Assembly (NCBI RefSeq): GCF_036669915.1
Contig: NC_089312.1
Coordinates: 251,991 to 315,990, forward strand
From: Pocillopora verrucosa
Taxonomy: Eukaryota
Length of the DNA stretch: 64,000 nt
Direction: 5' to 3'
The notes beneath the pieces were generated by a model, which did not search any database, had not been told where the DNA came from, and saw only the letters and a list, made by a program, of their open reading frames with translations. Position numbers and translations under genes: made by a program. Below, one piece after another: positions 34,175 through 46,571 of this stretch. The first letter of the stretch is position 1; every line of letters begins with the position of its first letter.

Positions 34175-34275
34175 GTGGTAACTAATGTTGACATCCAAAG
34201 CATCGAGCCTGTGGATTTGCAAATGAGTGAAAGCCTCAGTAAATCTGTTCAAATGGCCATTGAGATTTCTACAAA
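34175..34275 (+). CDS. MVP: MVP exon 23 ([33 protein letters not shown])
   Basis: The acceptor is aatcaccag| and the donor AA|gtaagt. It matches human [33 protein letters not shown]. Confidence 0.9.
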
Positions 34276-34318
34276 GTAAGTTCAGCAACCTTCCTTTCCA
34301 AGAAGCAACTTTCTACGT

Positions 34319-34516
34319 CAACACCCTATGATTGACTAGCATCTAATTTCTCCTTACAATAACATCCCTTAATCAATCATTAAGGTCACGTGAAAAAAGA
34401 AATGATTACCGACTAATGGAGCTCTTGATTGTTAAAAAAATTCTCCTTGTCCACACTAAGGAAATGTATAGAGAACAGTATAGAGAATATACATAAGGAT
34501 GTAAAGATGTAAAGGG
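34319..34516. mobile_element. piggyBac-like MITE copy (5'-degenerate; …GACTAGCATCTAATTTCTCCTTACAATAACATCCCTTAATCAATCATTAAGGTCACG…GTAAAGGG|TTAA) in MVP intron 23
   Basis: It shares the internal blocks and the 3' terminus GTAAAGGG followed by TTAA (34517-34520) with the other copies; the 5' end (tcaaCACCCTATGATTGACTAGCA) is mutated relative to TTAACCC…. Confidence 0.5.
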
Positions 34517-34662
34517 TTAAAAGACGCTGACTGTAAGTGGGCGCTAGGTGAGCAACGAGCCGGTGAAGTGTATCCTAGTATCGCTAGCAGTGGATGGGAT
34601 GGTTGTATAGTTGGTAGTGTGAGGAGAAAATGAAACTGATCATAGTAGAGTTTACATATCAG

Positions 34663-34753
34663 GTCCATTGAGCGAGCTGCTGAACATGAAGCTAAAAGAA
34701 CAGAACAAATGGCGAAAGGATTGTTAGAAAGACAGAAGCTTACTAACGAGAAG
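34663..34753 (+). CDS. MVP: MVP exon 24 (KSIERAAEHEAKRTEQMAKGLLERQKLTNEK)
   Basis: The acceptor is tttacatatcag| and the donor AAG|gttcgt. This donor, rather than read-through to the TAA at ~34785, is chosen because it joins collinearly to exon 25 like human …[30 protein letters not shown]. Confidence 0.75.
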
Positions 34754-35872
34754 GTTCGTGCAGTGAAGGAGCTTACAACAAAGTAAAGGACCAGTTTATT
34801 ATAAACTTGTGTTACGCGAATCAGTGATGGTAAAGGGTTTAGAAGCTGTTTTATCTACATCCAGTATTGTGGCCTGGGTTCCACTCCCGATTCTCAAGAC
34901 TAGATTTTGTTGAGTTCAGGCGCTTAATCCGCAATTTCTCTTGATTCCATAGTCTTCTCCTGTGCACAAATATTATGGTGATGTAGAAAAATTCCATCTC
35001 TCTGGATATTTCTCTCAGGGCCAAAGTCAAATTTATGTTTTTAAACTTGCCATAGCACCGCTTATGTTTTTATTACGTGTTTTTGTCAATAGCCATTCGC
35101 TCTGATGAAGGGCTAACGCTCGAGACGTCAGCTTTGAAACTCTTTGCGCTGGCCAATTTACGTTATCAACTCAGTTGATAATACTAAATTACCCTATTTT
35201 TCCTTTTACCAAGTTGTTAGGAGAAGGGCAATGGAGTGTAGAGGGGTTGCTTCCCTTTAAAACCTTTATTGGGTCGGAGTGGATGAATTTACAAATGCAT
35301 TTATAACTTGACGAATAGATTTATTACTTTATTACACCCATTTTGAACTCACTGGTGGTCCCTGTAATCTGATTGGCTCTAATCGGTGCGATTTATTCAC
35401 GAATCACATCATTATTTGCTTTAAATCACATCTTTTTCCCAGCTAATGAGAAGGCTACACTAAAAAAAACAACCAATCAGATTTCAAGGCTTTTTTAAAG
35501 TAACCTATCAAATTTCAAGAAAATAAAAGACAAATAGTATCATGTGGCAAATTTTGCAACGTTTGTTTCTAAAACTCTTATTTTCCCCCCCATAAAATGG
35601 ATGAATTTAATTTCAAATCGGCTCAGTACTGCATCAATAAAATAATTGAACTGACCAAGCCTGTATTTGGGCGATTTCAAAGTGGATGTAATAAAGTGAT
35701 AATTGAACCTCGTGTCGTGCAATTTTGGTCTGAAATCATACTTGTGATTTGAAATCACGCGTATGATTTCAGCCCAAATTGCACTCCACTCAGTTCAATT
35801 ACCATTATTAATTGTACTCATTTTTCATTGTGAAAATAGAAATGGTAATTAAAAACGTGTCTTTCTCATTAG

Positions 35873-35962
35873 GAAGCTGAAAATGCGCGAGTGAAGTTAT
35901 TTGAACTGAGAGCGATTACTGCCGCAGTAGAATCTTCAGGACAAACTAAATCTGAGGCACAG
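35873..35962 (+). CDS. MVP: MVP exon 25 (EAENARVKLFELRAITAAVESSGQTKSEAQ)
   Basis: The acceptor is ctttctcattag| and the donor CAG|gtcagc. Confidence 0.8.
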
Positions 35963-36159
35963 GTCAGCCAACTTCATATATACCCACCCTTTGCATAGAT
36001 ATTGCTAATTTTCTGATTTTGTGGGACTTTTCAGAATTCTTCATATGACGCCTCTTTCGATAATGTACAAGTTCGTGTTTGTTTGTTTCATTTCAACAAC
36101 CTCTTCGAGATTTAAATCAACGTTACTCCAGTAAAAAAATGTTCTTATTATTCCAAAAG

Positions 36160-36205
36160 GCTCAGGCAGAACGTTTGCTCATTGAAGGGGAGAGTGCAAT
36201 AGAAG
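36160..36205 (+). CDS. MVP: MVP exon 26 (AQAERLLIEGESAIE)
   Basis: The acceptor is ttattccaaaag| and the donor GAAG|gtatag. It matches human SRAEAARIEGEGSVLQ. Confidence 0.75.
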
Positions 36206-36553
36206 GTATAGACGAGTTTGGTCGTGGAAGTTGTGCTTTACTTACGAGTAGTATACGGGGGCACTATGGTCTACAGGCAATCAGATGAGATTATTTTGTA
36301 CCACTTGCGTCATTTCCGCGCAGCGTAACAGTATTAATCCTTGCTTGACACTTAGGCATGACAAAGAGATTGAGTTATTTCAAATCACCATCTTTGAGGC
36401 CAATCCGGTCATATGAATGGTTTATTTGTACCATGTGGTACAAAATACTCCTCTCTGATTGGCTGTGTATCATAGTACCCCCTGTATACCACTCATACAT
36501 TATAGAAAGTGCAGATATGTTTGATTCTAACGTAGCTTTTCCCGTGTGTTTAG

Positions 36554-36618
36554 TCGCTAAACTCAAAGCAGAAGCTGCTGAAGTTGAGCTACTTGCTGAG
36601 TTAGAATCTCAAAGAATG
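36554..36618 (+). CDS. MVP: MVP exon 27 (GVAKLKAEAAEVELLAELESQRM)
   Basis: The acceptor is cccgtgtgtttag| and the donor ATG|gtgagt. It matches human AKLKAQALAIETEAELQRV. Confidence 0.85.
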
Positions 36619-36697
36619 GTGAGTTGGAGGATAATTGATCATATGCAACTGTAGCGGAATGCGTGTATATCTTATCATTTCTCATTCCTTATTTAAG

Positions 36698-36778
36698 GAG
36701 AAAGATGGGGAACTCGAACACCAGAAGCGACTTAATGAACTCGATCTACAGAAGGCCAAAGAACTGGCAGAAATCGAG
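36698..36778 (+). CDS. MVP: MVP exon 28 (EKDGELEHQKRLNELDLQKAKELAEIE)
   Basis: The acceptor is ccttatttaag| and the donor GAG|gtttgt. Confidence 0.8.
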
Positions 36779-36882
36779 GTTTGTAGCATTGTGTTCTGGC
36801 ATCAATTTCAAAGTGGTCATGACTCATATCAAGAGAATATTTATATCCTCGTGCTTATTTTCAAACTCGATCATTATCGTAG

Positions 36883-36963
36883 ACTGACAAGTTTGCCGCC
36901 ATGGTGGAAGCCCTGAGTGCAAAGACGATCAGTAAGATTGCGCGCTCTGGTCCTGAGTCAGAG
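36883..36963 (+). CDS. MVP: MVP exon 29 (TDKFAAMVEALSAKTISKIARSGPESE)
   Basis: The acceptor is cattatcgtag| and the donor GAG|gtgagg. It matches human [26 protein letters not shown]. Confidence 0.8.
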
Positions 36964-37414
36964 GTGAGGTTTAAACTTTACACTGTTACACTAGGAGCGT
37001 TTAATAACAGCGGAGGACGGATGGAGATAATTTTGAAGATGTAATTGTTTGGTTGCTAAGCAATATCTTAATCTTCGATGTTATATGCGGGCTTGTGTTC
37101 TTTTTATCTAAATTTTAATACCTTTATTCGTACTTTTTCCGCGCTTATCTTCGTTTATGACTTGGCGTGCTTTTCCCGCGCTTTTTACGGATCACATGTT
37201 TTGGTTTGATTTGCTCCCGGTTACTTCTGTTACCGCGTGTGTTGTGACGATCACTTAAAAAAAATTGAAAGTATTCCACCACGAGTAAACATTGATAAAA
37301 TCTACCAGCTTCTCTTAAGCGTGATAAACATTGCAACGCAACGCGGTAAATGGAAAGATATGACCCGAACTAAATAGATATGTATTCTTTTATACTATGT
37401 CGTTTTATCGACAG

Positions 37415-37528
37415 GCCGGGCTCCTCAAGGGACTGGGAATACAGAATGTCCTCATTACTGATGGAAAAACGCCTCTCAACCTGTACCAGTCCCCAAGCGG
37501 CTTTTCCCAGCCGGCAATGATGAGCTAG
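37415..37528 (+). CDS. MVP: MVP terminal exon (AGLLKGLGIQNVLITDGKTPLNLYQSPSGFSQPAMMS*)
   Basis: The acceptor is ttttatcgacag| and the stop is TAG at 37526-37528. It matches human [32 protein letters not shown]. All 30 exons sum to 2553 nt (850 aa) with consistent phases. Confidence 0.85.
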   Translation, partial: AGLLKGLGIQNVLITDGKTPLNLYQSPSGFSQPAMMS

Positions 37529-38212
37529 AGACCGATAACGAGAGCTCAGGAGTACAGTACAGTACTCAGTAATTTTAAGGTGAACTTTCTTCGTCAATAT
37601 GATAACAGACTGGTTTTTAAACTGTAAGTTCTGTCTGTGCACTCGCACTTAAAAACAGTAATGGAACCAAAAAATAAAGGACTTAGATTTGAAAAAGAAA
37701 AAATATAAAGATTTAGAATCTTTGTTTTAAAGCATTGATTCAGCACACTAACGAATGGAAAGTTCCTTTTAAAGATGGACAATTCAAATGGCAATAAATA
37801 GTTGTGGGAAAAGATCTGTGTATACCTGACGTGTGTATCACATTTTACACAGACAAGAGTTGTCGCCGGAAAGAATTAATGACATGAATAATTTAATAAA
37901 TAAGATTGTTGATGGTTTGTCTTGTCATTTGCTGATTTTTCTATCGCCACCTAAACTGCAGCACGTTTATTACTGTATTTAATTTTTGTCGGCTTTTATG
38001 AACACTTTCCTTATCTGAATCTGAGAGACGTGAATTTGACATTTCAGACCGTAACTTAGAAGTATTTTCTTTATAACACCTTGAAGGAGGATTAAACAAC
38101 AAAAAAATCGCTTACTAGAACATTTCAGTTGAAAGAAGGGACCAAGAATATTCAGCTCATCTTTCCACACTGAGACAATTCCTTCTCTAATGCCTACAGG
38201 AGCCTTTGCGTC

Positions 38213-38245
38213 AATCACACGCGAGGTAGCCGCGCGTGATAAAGT
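38213..38245. repeat. 10-bp inverted repeat ATCACACGCG…CGCGCGTGAT with a 7-bp spacer (CpG-rich palindrome) between MVP and the Sox gene
   Basis: Read directly; one mismatch between the arms. Confidence 0.5.
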
Positions 38246-39869
38246 TCGTGCTCCGCATCACGTTTGTATGAGGTGTTGATGACAACATGTTGAAAAATAC
38301 GTAAAAAATCCTCGGATGCGCACCAGATCCTTCTTTCCCCTACGGTCATATCAAACATTTCTTGGCTTTTGTTTAAAGATTCGGTAAAAGACATTCAATG
38401 TAGCAAACAAAACGGTATTTTCTTATGGAAAATAACTGTAAATACAAATTGAGTAAGGAAGTAGTATATTTAAAGAAAGTAAAATTTTTCACTTATAGAC
38501 TGATATATATCGAATTAGAGTGGATTGTAGAGTAATATATTATTGTATTGACTTATGGTCAAGCATTATTTTCAATGAAAGTTCCAGAATTGACCGCTAA
38601 AACACGGGTTACCATTATTTATGATGATAGTTTGAAATTCAACCTGATTCATCGATTTTATTAGTTTCCAGGGTCTTATTTCAACTCTTTAGCGAGCTTA
38701 AAATAACTTACCTCCCATGAATACTTCATTATCTAAATTCGACTAACTTTACTTAATAGCATATGCCATGAAACCAAGTAGGAAAAATTGCCCGTGTAAA
38801 CATAACTTGTTTCTCCTCAAACGAAACATTGCATCCACCCACAACTCAGATGATTTTCGGAGCAGACTTGACTAAACCGAGTGTCTTGGAAAGTTTGTTG
38901 CAATCGCCAGTTCCTTCATTTTTCTGGAGACCGCATGTTCATTTTGTTGTTTTATTCAGTGGAGTACTCACGATCGAAGTTTATAATTTTTCCCAAATCC
39001 TTTTTTCATTCCCTTACCCTTGCAACTAAGCGATTAAAAACCTAGAAACTCCATTTTTGGTGTTTAATACGAGGGTGTCTTGGCCGTGTTACGTTTATTT
39101 GACTACAGTGCTGGGTACTCCTCAGCCTTTTCAGATGTATCGGTGGAAAATCTAGTAAAAAAAAAAGACGAAATACATTTAGAGAATTATTGAAATTGGT
39201 AAGGGTAGTGGCAACTTTGCGCTTAATTATAAGAGTAGTCGGATATACAGAAATAAAAACAATAACTTTAAAATTGAGAAAAAGTTTTCATTGCAGCTGT
39301 TCCCGTTACGGGAATTGCTTCGAATTGCAAATTTGCGTGCCGCCTTTTGTTGAAAAAGCGGAACATATCCCACGGTGTTTGGAGATTGGCAATGGAGTAT
39401 ATAATAATAGCAAAATAGCCTTGATAAACTATTTTGGAACGAATTTCACTTTGCAGTTTATCTATATAGCATTACATGAGTTCTTGCAATACAAAAAATA
39501 CATCCGCTTTTACTGAATTAGTAAAATTTACAAGCCATTAACCATTTTTTCGTGATTCGGGGGGATAAATTTTTTTTCATTAGCGAACCAAACGTTGTCA
39601 TCTGCCTCTGTTTGATCGAGGTTCAAAACATCTGTCTCAACGTGAAGATTAACATACTGCCTGATTATCATAACTGACCTCTTATTTTTTTTCTTTATTT
39701 TTCTTTTTGTCGTCTAAGTAAAAGAAAATCGTATTTCAGTCGCAAGCTGCGAAGGAAGTCATCTACTAATCAGCTAAATTTGTGATATCGGCCAAGAATT
39801 GGTGTAATTCGGATTTCGTTTTTACACAGCGTTCTAAGCAATATTTTTCATTGACAATCTTTGTGAGGA

Positions 39870-39945
39870 ATCCGCCAATCAGCAGATATTCAATTACAAT
39901 GGGCTTTTGTTCAATTATTTTCCTTGACAACCGCACTGTATAATT
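39870..39945 (+). promoter_or_regulatory. putative SoxE core promoter: CCAAT box (ccgCCAATcag ~39876-39884) and TATA-like element (ctgTATAATTgg ~39935-39944); an inverted CCAAT (ctATTGGct) follows at ~40064
   Basis: Motifs are read directly, ~420-490 bp upstream of the ATG at 40365; the TSS is not determinable from sequence. Confidence 0.3.
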
Positions 39946-40364
39946 GGGATCAAATGTGTCTCACTTGTCTGTGAGAACAATAGACTGTGGAGGGCGGCTT
40001 TGTTACCAACTTCCGCCATTCTCCGCCATACGGCATGCTTTCAATTCCTAGAATTCTATTGGCTCACAGCGGAACAAAGCGCCCCACACGCAGAATAGCC
40101 ACAAGGAAAACAGATATTGTTCCATTCGGCATTGTTCAAAGACGGCTTGGATTTCCACCATTTGTTTCTATTCCAGTGTTGAAACTTCGCCTCGGGACCA
40201 CCAAGAAGGTTCCGAGTTGAAGATTTGCGTCTGAAATTCGAGCTCGCTAGTTTGTATAACTCGCGCGTTTTGCGCCTCGTGACGTGTTTCCTATTCTATC
40301 ACGTGATTACAAGAAATGTCATTTGTGTTCCAGTGATATTGCTAGTTGTGATCAAACTCCAACA

Positions 40365-41714
40365 ATGGCTACGGTTGCGAGTGGAATGAATAACGCGATC
40401 CCAAACGGACCTGAACTTGGTGAAGTGAAAATAGAGAAAGTAGATCAGATCAAGACGAGCGATCAGAACTTCAACTGGAAAATAACGACGACGGTGCCTT
40501 CATATAACGATGCCAATTCCCTGAACACAACAACAACCGTAACAGAAAACACGTCTTCGGACAACAGTAATAATGTAGTAGTGGCAGAATGTCCTCAAAT
40601 CGATGCTGCTACTCTAAAGCTTGCTACTTTGCCAATGAAGACACAGATCATGCCTGGCCCTTACTCTGAAGTTCAGCTGCCCAAGAAGGAAAATCATGTC
40701 AAACGGCCGATGAATTCGTTCATGGTTTGGGCGCAGTCAGCGAGAAGAAAACTCGCCGAACAGTACCCGCACGTACATAATGCTGAATTAAGCAAAATGC
40801 TCGGAAAACTCTGGCGAATGCTTCCCCCTGCTGAAAAGCAACCGTACGTGGATGAGGCGGCAAGGCTAGACAAAAGACACAAAGAGGAATTTCCAGACTA
40901 TAAATATCGACCAAGAAGGAAGCAGAAACCGATGAAACGTCCGTATGTTCAAACGCGAGTTGCTGTGACACCCGGGTGGCCTGCTGGACAGGCTCAAACT
41001 CCAATCGCAATGAACGGGACGGCTACCATCGCAGCTCAAAACGGCACCTTTCCCACTACAGCCTTGACACAGAATTCCCAAGTGGCTCAGGTTTTTCCTC
41101 AAGGAATTCAGACAGTCCCAGTACAAGCAGTGAACAATGGAGGCACGGTAACGTATGCGCCAATCGGTAGTGTAGGATACGTACCAACGACTCCTATTCC
41201 GGGAGGAAGTATGATTCTACGACCAACGTTCGTTACAACTGCAGTAACGAATCCAACATCAATCCAACCTGCAGCTTCTGTAACCGTGCAGGCGGTCAGA
41301 TCTACCGTAGCAACAACTCTGGCGACTCCAAGTTATGCTATCCCGTTAACACAGTACGCTGGAGCGCCGATTATTGTTTCGAGCGGTGTCAATAACCTGG
41401 TTAACTCTACCGACAATACAAACATGGCTACAGAAAAACCTACGGAAAACGTACCTCTGGCTACCATAAGCATTCCCGCTTCAATGGCTGGGCCCATGAA
41501 CAATCATTTCGCCACTATTGCGGCTGCAGGACTTGTGGCGCCCAATTCGGATCCTGTCCAACCCAAAACCTCGGAAAGCCAACATGCGGTGGATAATAAT
41601 TCCGTTCTGACTGTTTCTGTGTCGAGAAATGGCACTGAGAACCAAGTTGATGCGTCAAACGCAGAGCATCCACAGAGTATTGAGGTGAAAACAGCTGAGG
41701 GATGTCGGATTTAA
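40365..41714 (+). CDS. SoxE-group HMG-box transcription factor (Sox8/9/10-like), apparently intronless, 449 aa
   Basis: The HMG box [76 protein letters not shown] is near-identical in pattern to vertebrate SOX9 ([43 protein letters not shown]…[28 protein letters not shown]). An N-terminal dimerisation-like region and a T/P/Q/V-rich C-terminus are present. The first in-frame ATG after the last upstream stop is 40365 (the track's 40284 start is not an ATG start), and the stop TAA is at 41712-41714. Confidence 0.85.
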   Translation: MATVASGMNNAIPNGPELGEVKIEKVDQIKTSDQNFNWKITTTVPSYNDANSLNTTTTVTENTSSDNSNNVVVAECPQIDAATLKLATLPMKTQIMPGPYSEVQLPKKENHVKRPMNSFMVWAQSARRKLAEQYPHVHNAELSKMLGKLWRMLPPAEKQPYVDEAARLDKRHKEEFPDYKYRPRRKQKPMKRPYVQTRVAVTPGWPAGQAQTPIAMNGTATIAAQNGTFPTTALTQNSQVAQVFPQGIQTVPVQAVNNGGTVTYAPIGSVGYVPTTPIPGGSMILRPTFVTTAVTNPTSIQPAASVTVQAVRSTVATTLATPSYAIPLTQYAGAPIIVSSGVNNLVNSTDNTNMATEKPTENVPLATISIPASMAGPMNNHFATIAAAGLVAPNSDPVQPKTSESQHAVDNNSVLTVSVSRNGTENQVDASNAEHPQSIEVKTAEGCRI

Positions 41715-44700
41715 TCTTAAATTACTGGCTGCCTCATAAATCTCGGTAGGCCATAGCGTGCAAGTACTAACCCTAAATTTTGTGTTTATTTATTTACTGT
41801 TAGTAATTTGTAACATGGTACTTTTCTTACGACTTCCTCGCTCGCTAGAACAGTCGTGTTACTCTCTGACTGTGGTTTCTCTCTGTCTTGCGATTGTAAA
41901 TTCAGTGCACGTGTGACAGGCCTTTCTATTGTGTACCTAGTTGATGTACACTTGCATCAAGGGTCGACAATCTGGAGGCCACAAATGATTGTTCTTACAG
42001 AATGAGTTTATTATGTTTTTGCCCAATGTGCTTCACACGTCATCGCCTCTCTCTTTTGTACGATCCTTTCTACAAGAATGTACTCGTAGTATTTTCTATT
42101 GTTCGGCAGTATACTCCGGTTCAAAAGATTTTTAATTGTATGTGAAATTAACAATTGTGACATGTTTGTTTCGTTTTAAAGCACGTTCAGCCCAGCGCTA
42201 AGCTGTAGTTTTACCGCGCACTATTCTAATTATGCCTGCGATTTCACACGCCTTCCAAAAGCAAGGTGTGTCTGAAGACAGTTCCAGTATGTTCGAATCC
42301 TGACTTATTCGAACGATCAATCATTCGATTCGTGTGACCGATCATTCGTTCGTATACAAATAGCAATAGCGCTTTATTTATTGCGAACGGTGAAGACTGC
42401 AGTTGCTATTTATTTTATTGAAAGGGGTATATTTGTCAGAGGTTAAAGGATATTACGAAATTACTTGTTTAAAATGATTATTACTTAGTGCGATTTCGTG
42501 AAAAAAAAACATCTGAAAGACATAAGCTTGAATGGTTTCTAAGCCATTTGTTTCTTTGAGCATTTGAAAAGGTTTTATTGTTTAATTTGACAGGACTGTG
42601 TACATTTCAAGAGAGATTTGTGATTACGAAACTGCTTGTCAATTGTTTTGAATTATTTCTGATCAAAATTTGGACAGACTAAGACATGTTGGTCAACAAA
42701 TAGTTTTTTTTACCTTCAGTTGTTAATAATTTCAAGTACAGTTCTAGAAAAGAACATGAAAAATCAAGGAAAATCTTATATTGTATGTTTTGAATACTTT
42801 TGGTGATAACTTTTTTCTGGCATGTAATTTTGGTTGCTTACTGCTAACATTTCCTTGCAACAAATTAGAGCTTTGGTTTTCTGAGGAGTAAATTACTGCT
42901 GTGGTAGGTTAAATAAGTGTGAGACATCGGGCAAAACATAGAAAAAAGGTCTTGTTATTTTATGGGGCTGGAGTTTGTTTGTTAGTTGGCTCTCAAAGTC
43001 AAAAGACAAGTGCCGTAAGGTATGCATGCAGAAGATCTGGGTCAAATCCTAAATATTAAATTCTACAATTGTTCTTGTCTGAGCTGATAAATGTGAAGAT
43101 GCAAACCAAAGTGTTGAAATTCTTCTGTGGCAAAATGTATGTAGATGATATTCCTTATTGTTCATTGTTCTTAGAAAGTTAAGCTTTTTCAATGGAAATC
43201 TTGCTATTTCCAAGATTATTTTGTTCTTTTGAAACCAGCCCTGAGAAATTGTTTTTGTTTTAATTTTGAGCTTGAATGAGTAATTTTACCCTGCATGTAT
43301 ACTTTATGACACTTTTCCTTGAGGGTACTATAATCTCCTTTTTAATTGCACAAGTGGACATTCACTTCTCAGTGAATTATTTTTTCATTTCTTTATTATT
43401 ACATAATACTCATTATAAAGTTATTCTCAAGACAAAGTTGATCACATAAAACTGCTTCAGTGTTGGTGCAATGAACTTGTTATTTTCTTTTTTTTTGTAA
43501 AATGTAGCAGCATATTTATGAAAGAATACACATTCATCTTTCTGTAACAAAGATTAACTGTAATGGTATCTAGTTACTTTAGACTTCAAGAGCCATTTGT
43601 CTTATTTAAGTGTAGAAGTTTGTATTTTAAGGTGACTGTGTTGTTAGTAGTGTACGTTCATCTTGTGACAGTGTTTATTACTGTACTTTTCATGTTTTTG
43701 TATTGTTTGTTTGCTATCATTGCTGAGGATGTTAAATTAATGGCAAAAACTATTGTTAAAGAAGAAAACATGAGAGACAATGTGCAGTTTAACAATCCAG
43801 TTCAGAATGTAAATTTAAGGTGGTGACAAAGTTTTTTACAGAATGTTAGACAGGTATACACACCGCAATCAGACATAGAATTTATGTTAAAGATAAACAC
43901 CATGGAACTCCAATTCTTTGCCAAGGGTGGGATATGCTTACTACCTGTTATGCAGAGTTGACATTAATTGATATTTTCCAAAAGGTTGATGTTGAATAGT
44001 TAAACAATAGTAGTATGGAATGGTAGAATTCTAAATGTGATGATATAGGCTTATTTAACAAGGATTACATTACCATTCATATTCAAAGTAGTTTATAGAC
44101 ACAAAAAGTTAATAAATGATGAAAATACACACCATTCATTTATTGTATGAAAATAGATAAGCCAGGTTTCAATGCTATTACACAGTTGATTTTACTTTTT
44201 CAAATTATGATGGTAGAAGTAATCTGTCAAGTCATAGGTAAATCAAAATAGTATGCTGAATCTCTAGGCTAATAAACAGTGAATAGATTTTTACCATTTG
44301 TAAGATATTTTATGCCTCTGGTTACTGTGTAACTGACAGAGTAATTACCAGTAACTTTCTAAGATTTATGTGAACTTCATATTATTGTAAAGAAAGGATT
44401 TGACTGTTTTGTGAAAGCCTTTGGTACAAGTTTTATTCATTATCATTAAGCAAATTCTTGGTATCTTGGAGGTAGACCCATGCACGCTACAAGTGCATTA
44501 GATTTTGATGAACTAGAGGAAGGCCGAAATGTTAATCTTTAAGTAGTACTGTACATTATGGTAGCAACTTCCCTCCTTTCATTTCTGTTGCCCTCCTTTT
44601 TTTATACCAAATGCAAAATACATTAAGAACCCATAATCTGATCAAAAGTCCTTGCTTTTGATCACACATCGTTCTGTGAAGGGAAAATCATTCAGGCCTT

Positions 44701-46571
44701 TCTCTTGTTTGTCTGGTGTATGGTATATTGGCAGTCGGCTCTGCATACGTTCATTATTAATCAGAAAATCATTATTTAAAATGTAGTGTTTTTAATTCAG
44801 AATAAACGTAATGAACATCTTTATGAATTTTGTGAATTTTTCACTTGCTTGTGTCAAAGTGTATCTGATACTAAGTGTGATCTGCTGCACTTTCCCCTGT
44901 AATCATTTTATTAAACAGAAACTCAGGTGCTCTAGTATTTTAAATGTCATAAACTGTTATTACAGTGCCAGTATAAAAGTGCAAATTGAATTGGAAAGAC
45001 TCAAAAGATATGGAGCCAGTTAACTAATTACTGGACTTGGAAATCTACAAATGAGAACAACTTACCTTCTGACAAGTCTGTTGCTATTCATACTCAGTCA
45101 ATTCCCTATTATCTCAAACAGGAGGTTGTGATCCTTTTACTCTCATTGATTTAGTATTGGCATGATTAAGAACCTGCTTTCAAGGTTTTTATAAAGTCAA
45201 GGCCAGTTTACTTTATAGCCTTGAGCTCTATTGTAGAATGGAAAACCAAATTGAATGTATTAAAAACTACAACAGCATCCATGTCCCCTTCTTAGATAAA
45301 ATACCTTACAATCCCACATTAATTTCCAGAGAATGTTTTGAAGTGGTCCTGCATGGTTCAAGTGTTACAAGCTCTAGTCCAGCTCAATGGGTTTCTTCTT
45401 TGAGGCAAAAATAGAAATTCAACTCTCACAGTGCACACTGCTATTGTAAACCTGACTTCTTTCTGAGTCTAGCAATTGTAAATTTCCTTTGAGAAGGTTA
45501 CAGAATCCAGGGAAAGCAACAGCTGAAGTGGGTTTCTGTGATCCCTAAAATACTGTTTTTAACACCCATAACATCTTTCTTCATCAGTATTTTAAAATAG
45601 ATTGAACAGCAAAATAAGACAAAGTTTCAACAAAAAGATGAAGTTTCTTAATATTGTAATTTGATAATTTAAATTTAATAATTTGAATCCTGACAACTTT
45701 TATACAACAATATATAATTACACCATTAATTATTATGTTAAAGTAAGCATTCTTGATTCCTTGACTTGCCTTCAAGAAAAGCAATACACAGGTCTGCAAA
45801 GTACATTAGCTAACCACTGCTCTAATTTCTAACATTTACTGCAACAGTTTCTTGACCCTTCTACAGGATCTTAATTTTGAAAAAAAAAACCTTAAATAAT
45901 TTGTGAAAACATATCCAACTTAAGAAATCATTAGCTTAAAAGGTAAATAAACTTCTTGTTTTACTAGCTTTAAATAGTTTCAGTTTCTTCTGAGCATTCT
46001 AAGCTTGAGGAATTTCTCCTTGCTGACACAGTATTATGCTCTATTATTTGCAACATTTTCCTCTGGGACTTAAATATTCAATACATCTCATGTTTAAGTT
46101 ATTGTAATCCAATTCTTTTGTAGCTGAATCAGTAGCCATTTTCTCTTTTCATATGTTGGCCAAATAACCCATCAGAAACAGTATACAACAATACTTGAAG
46201 TTGTGGTTCTAAAATATATTACATGTCCAGAAGTATAACCAACTTGGCCAGTTAGCTCTAAAAATAAGTTATGACTTAACTTTTTCATCATCTCTTGAAG
46301 AGTGAATGGTTTCTTTTGTACAACATGTCTTTCACAAAAGCCTGATTTCAAAGGCTGCATAAATTCATCTGCCTACACATCCAATTAATAACATTTCAGA
46401 AATGAAAGGGAAAACATATTTAACAATAATCATTTGTGATAATTTTAAAATATCATTCAGTTTAAAAACTTTCCTGAACAATGAATAAATGCATGTCATC
46501 ATCATCCTTCCATTTTGTTTCAAGAGTAGAATGGATCTGCAATTTGGTTCACAATAAATATGAGTAGATGC

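Noticed and set aside
39987-40220. 77-codon ORF in the SoxE leader as a possible separate small gene or conserved uORF.
   Set aside because: There is no recognisable similarity, the frame's first codon is not clearly an ATG in context, and such frames occur by chance in 400-nt GC-moderate leaders; it is mentioned only within the SoxE finding.
40694-41170. Three minus-strand ORFs (62-96 aa) and one plus-strand ORF (40976-41170) nested in the SoxE coding region.
   Set aside because: They lie in antisense or alternate frames of a well-supported CDS and are typical shadow ORFs in a GC-richer coding stretch.
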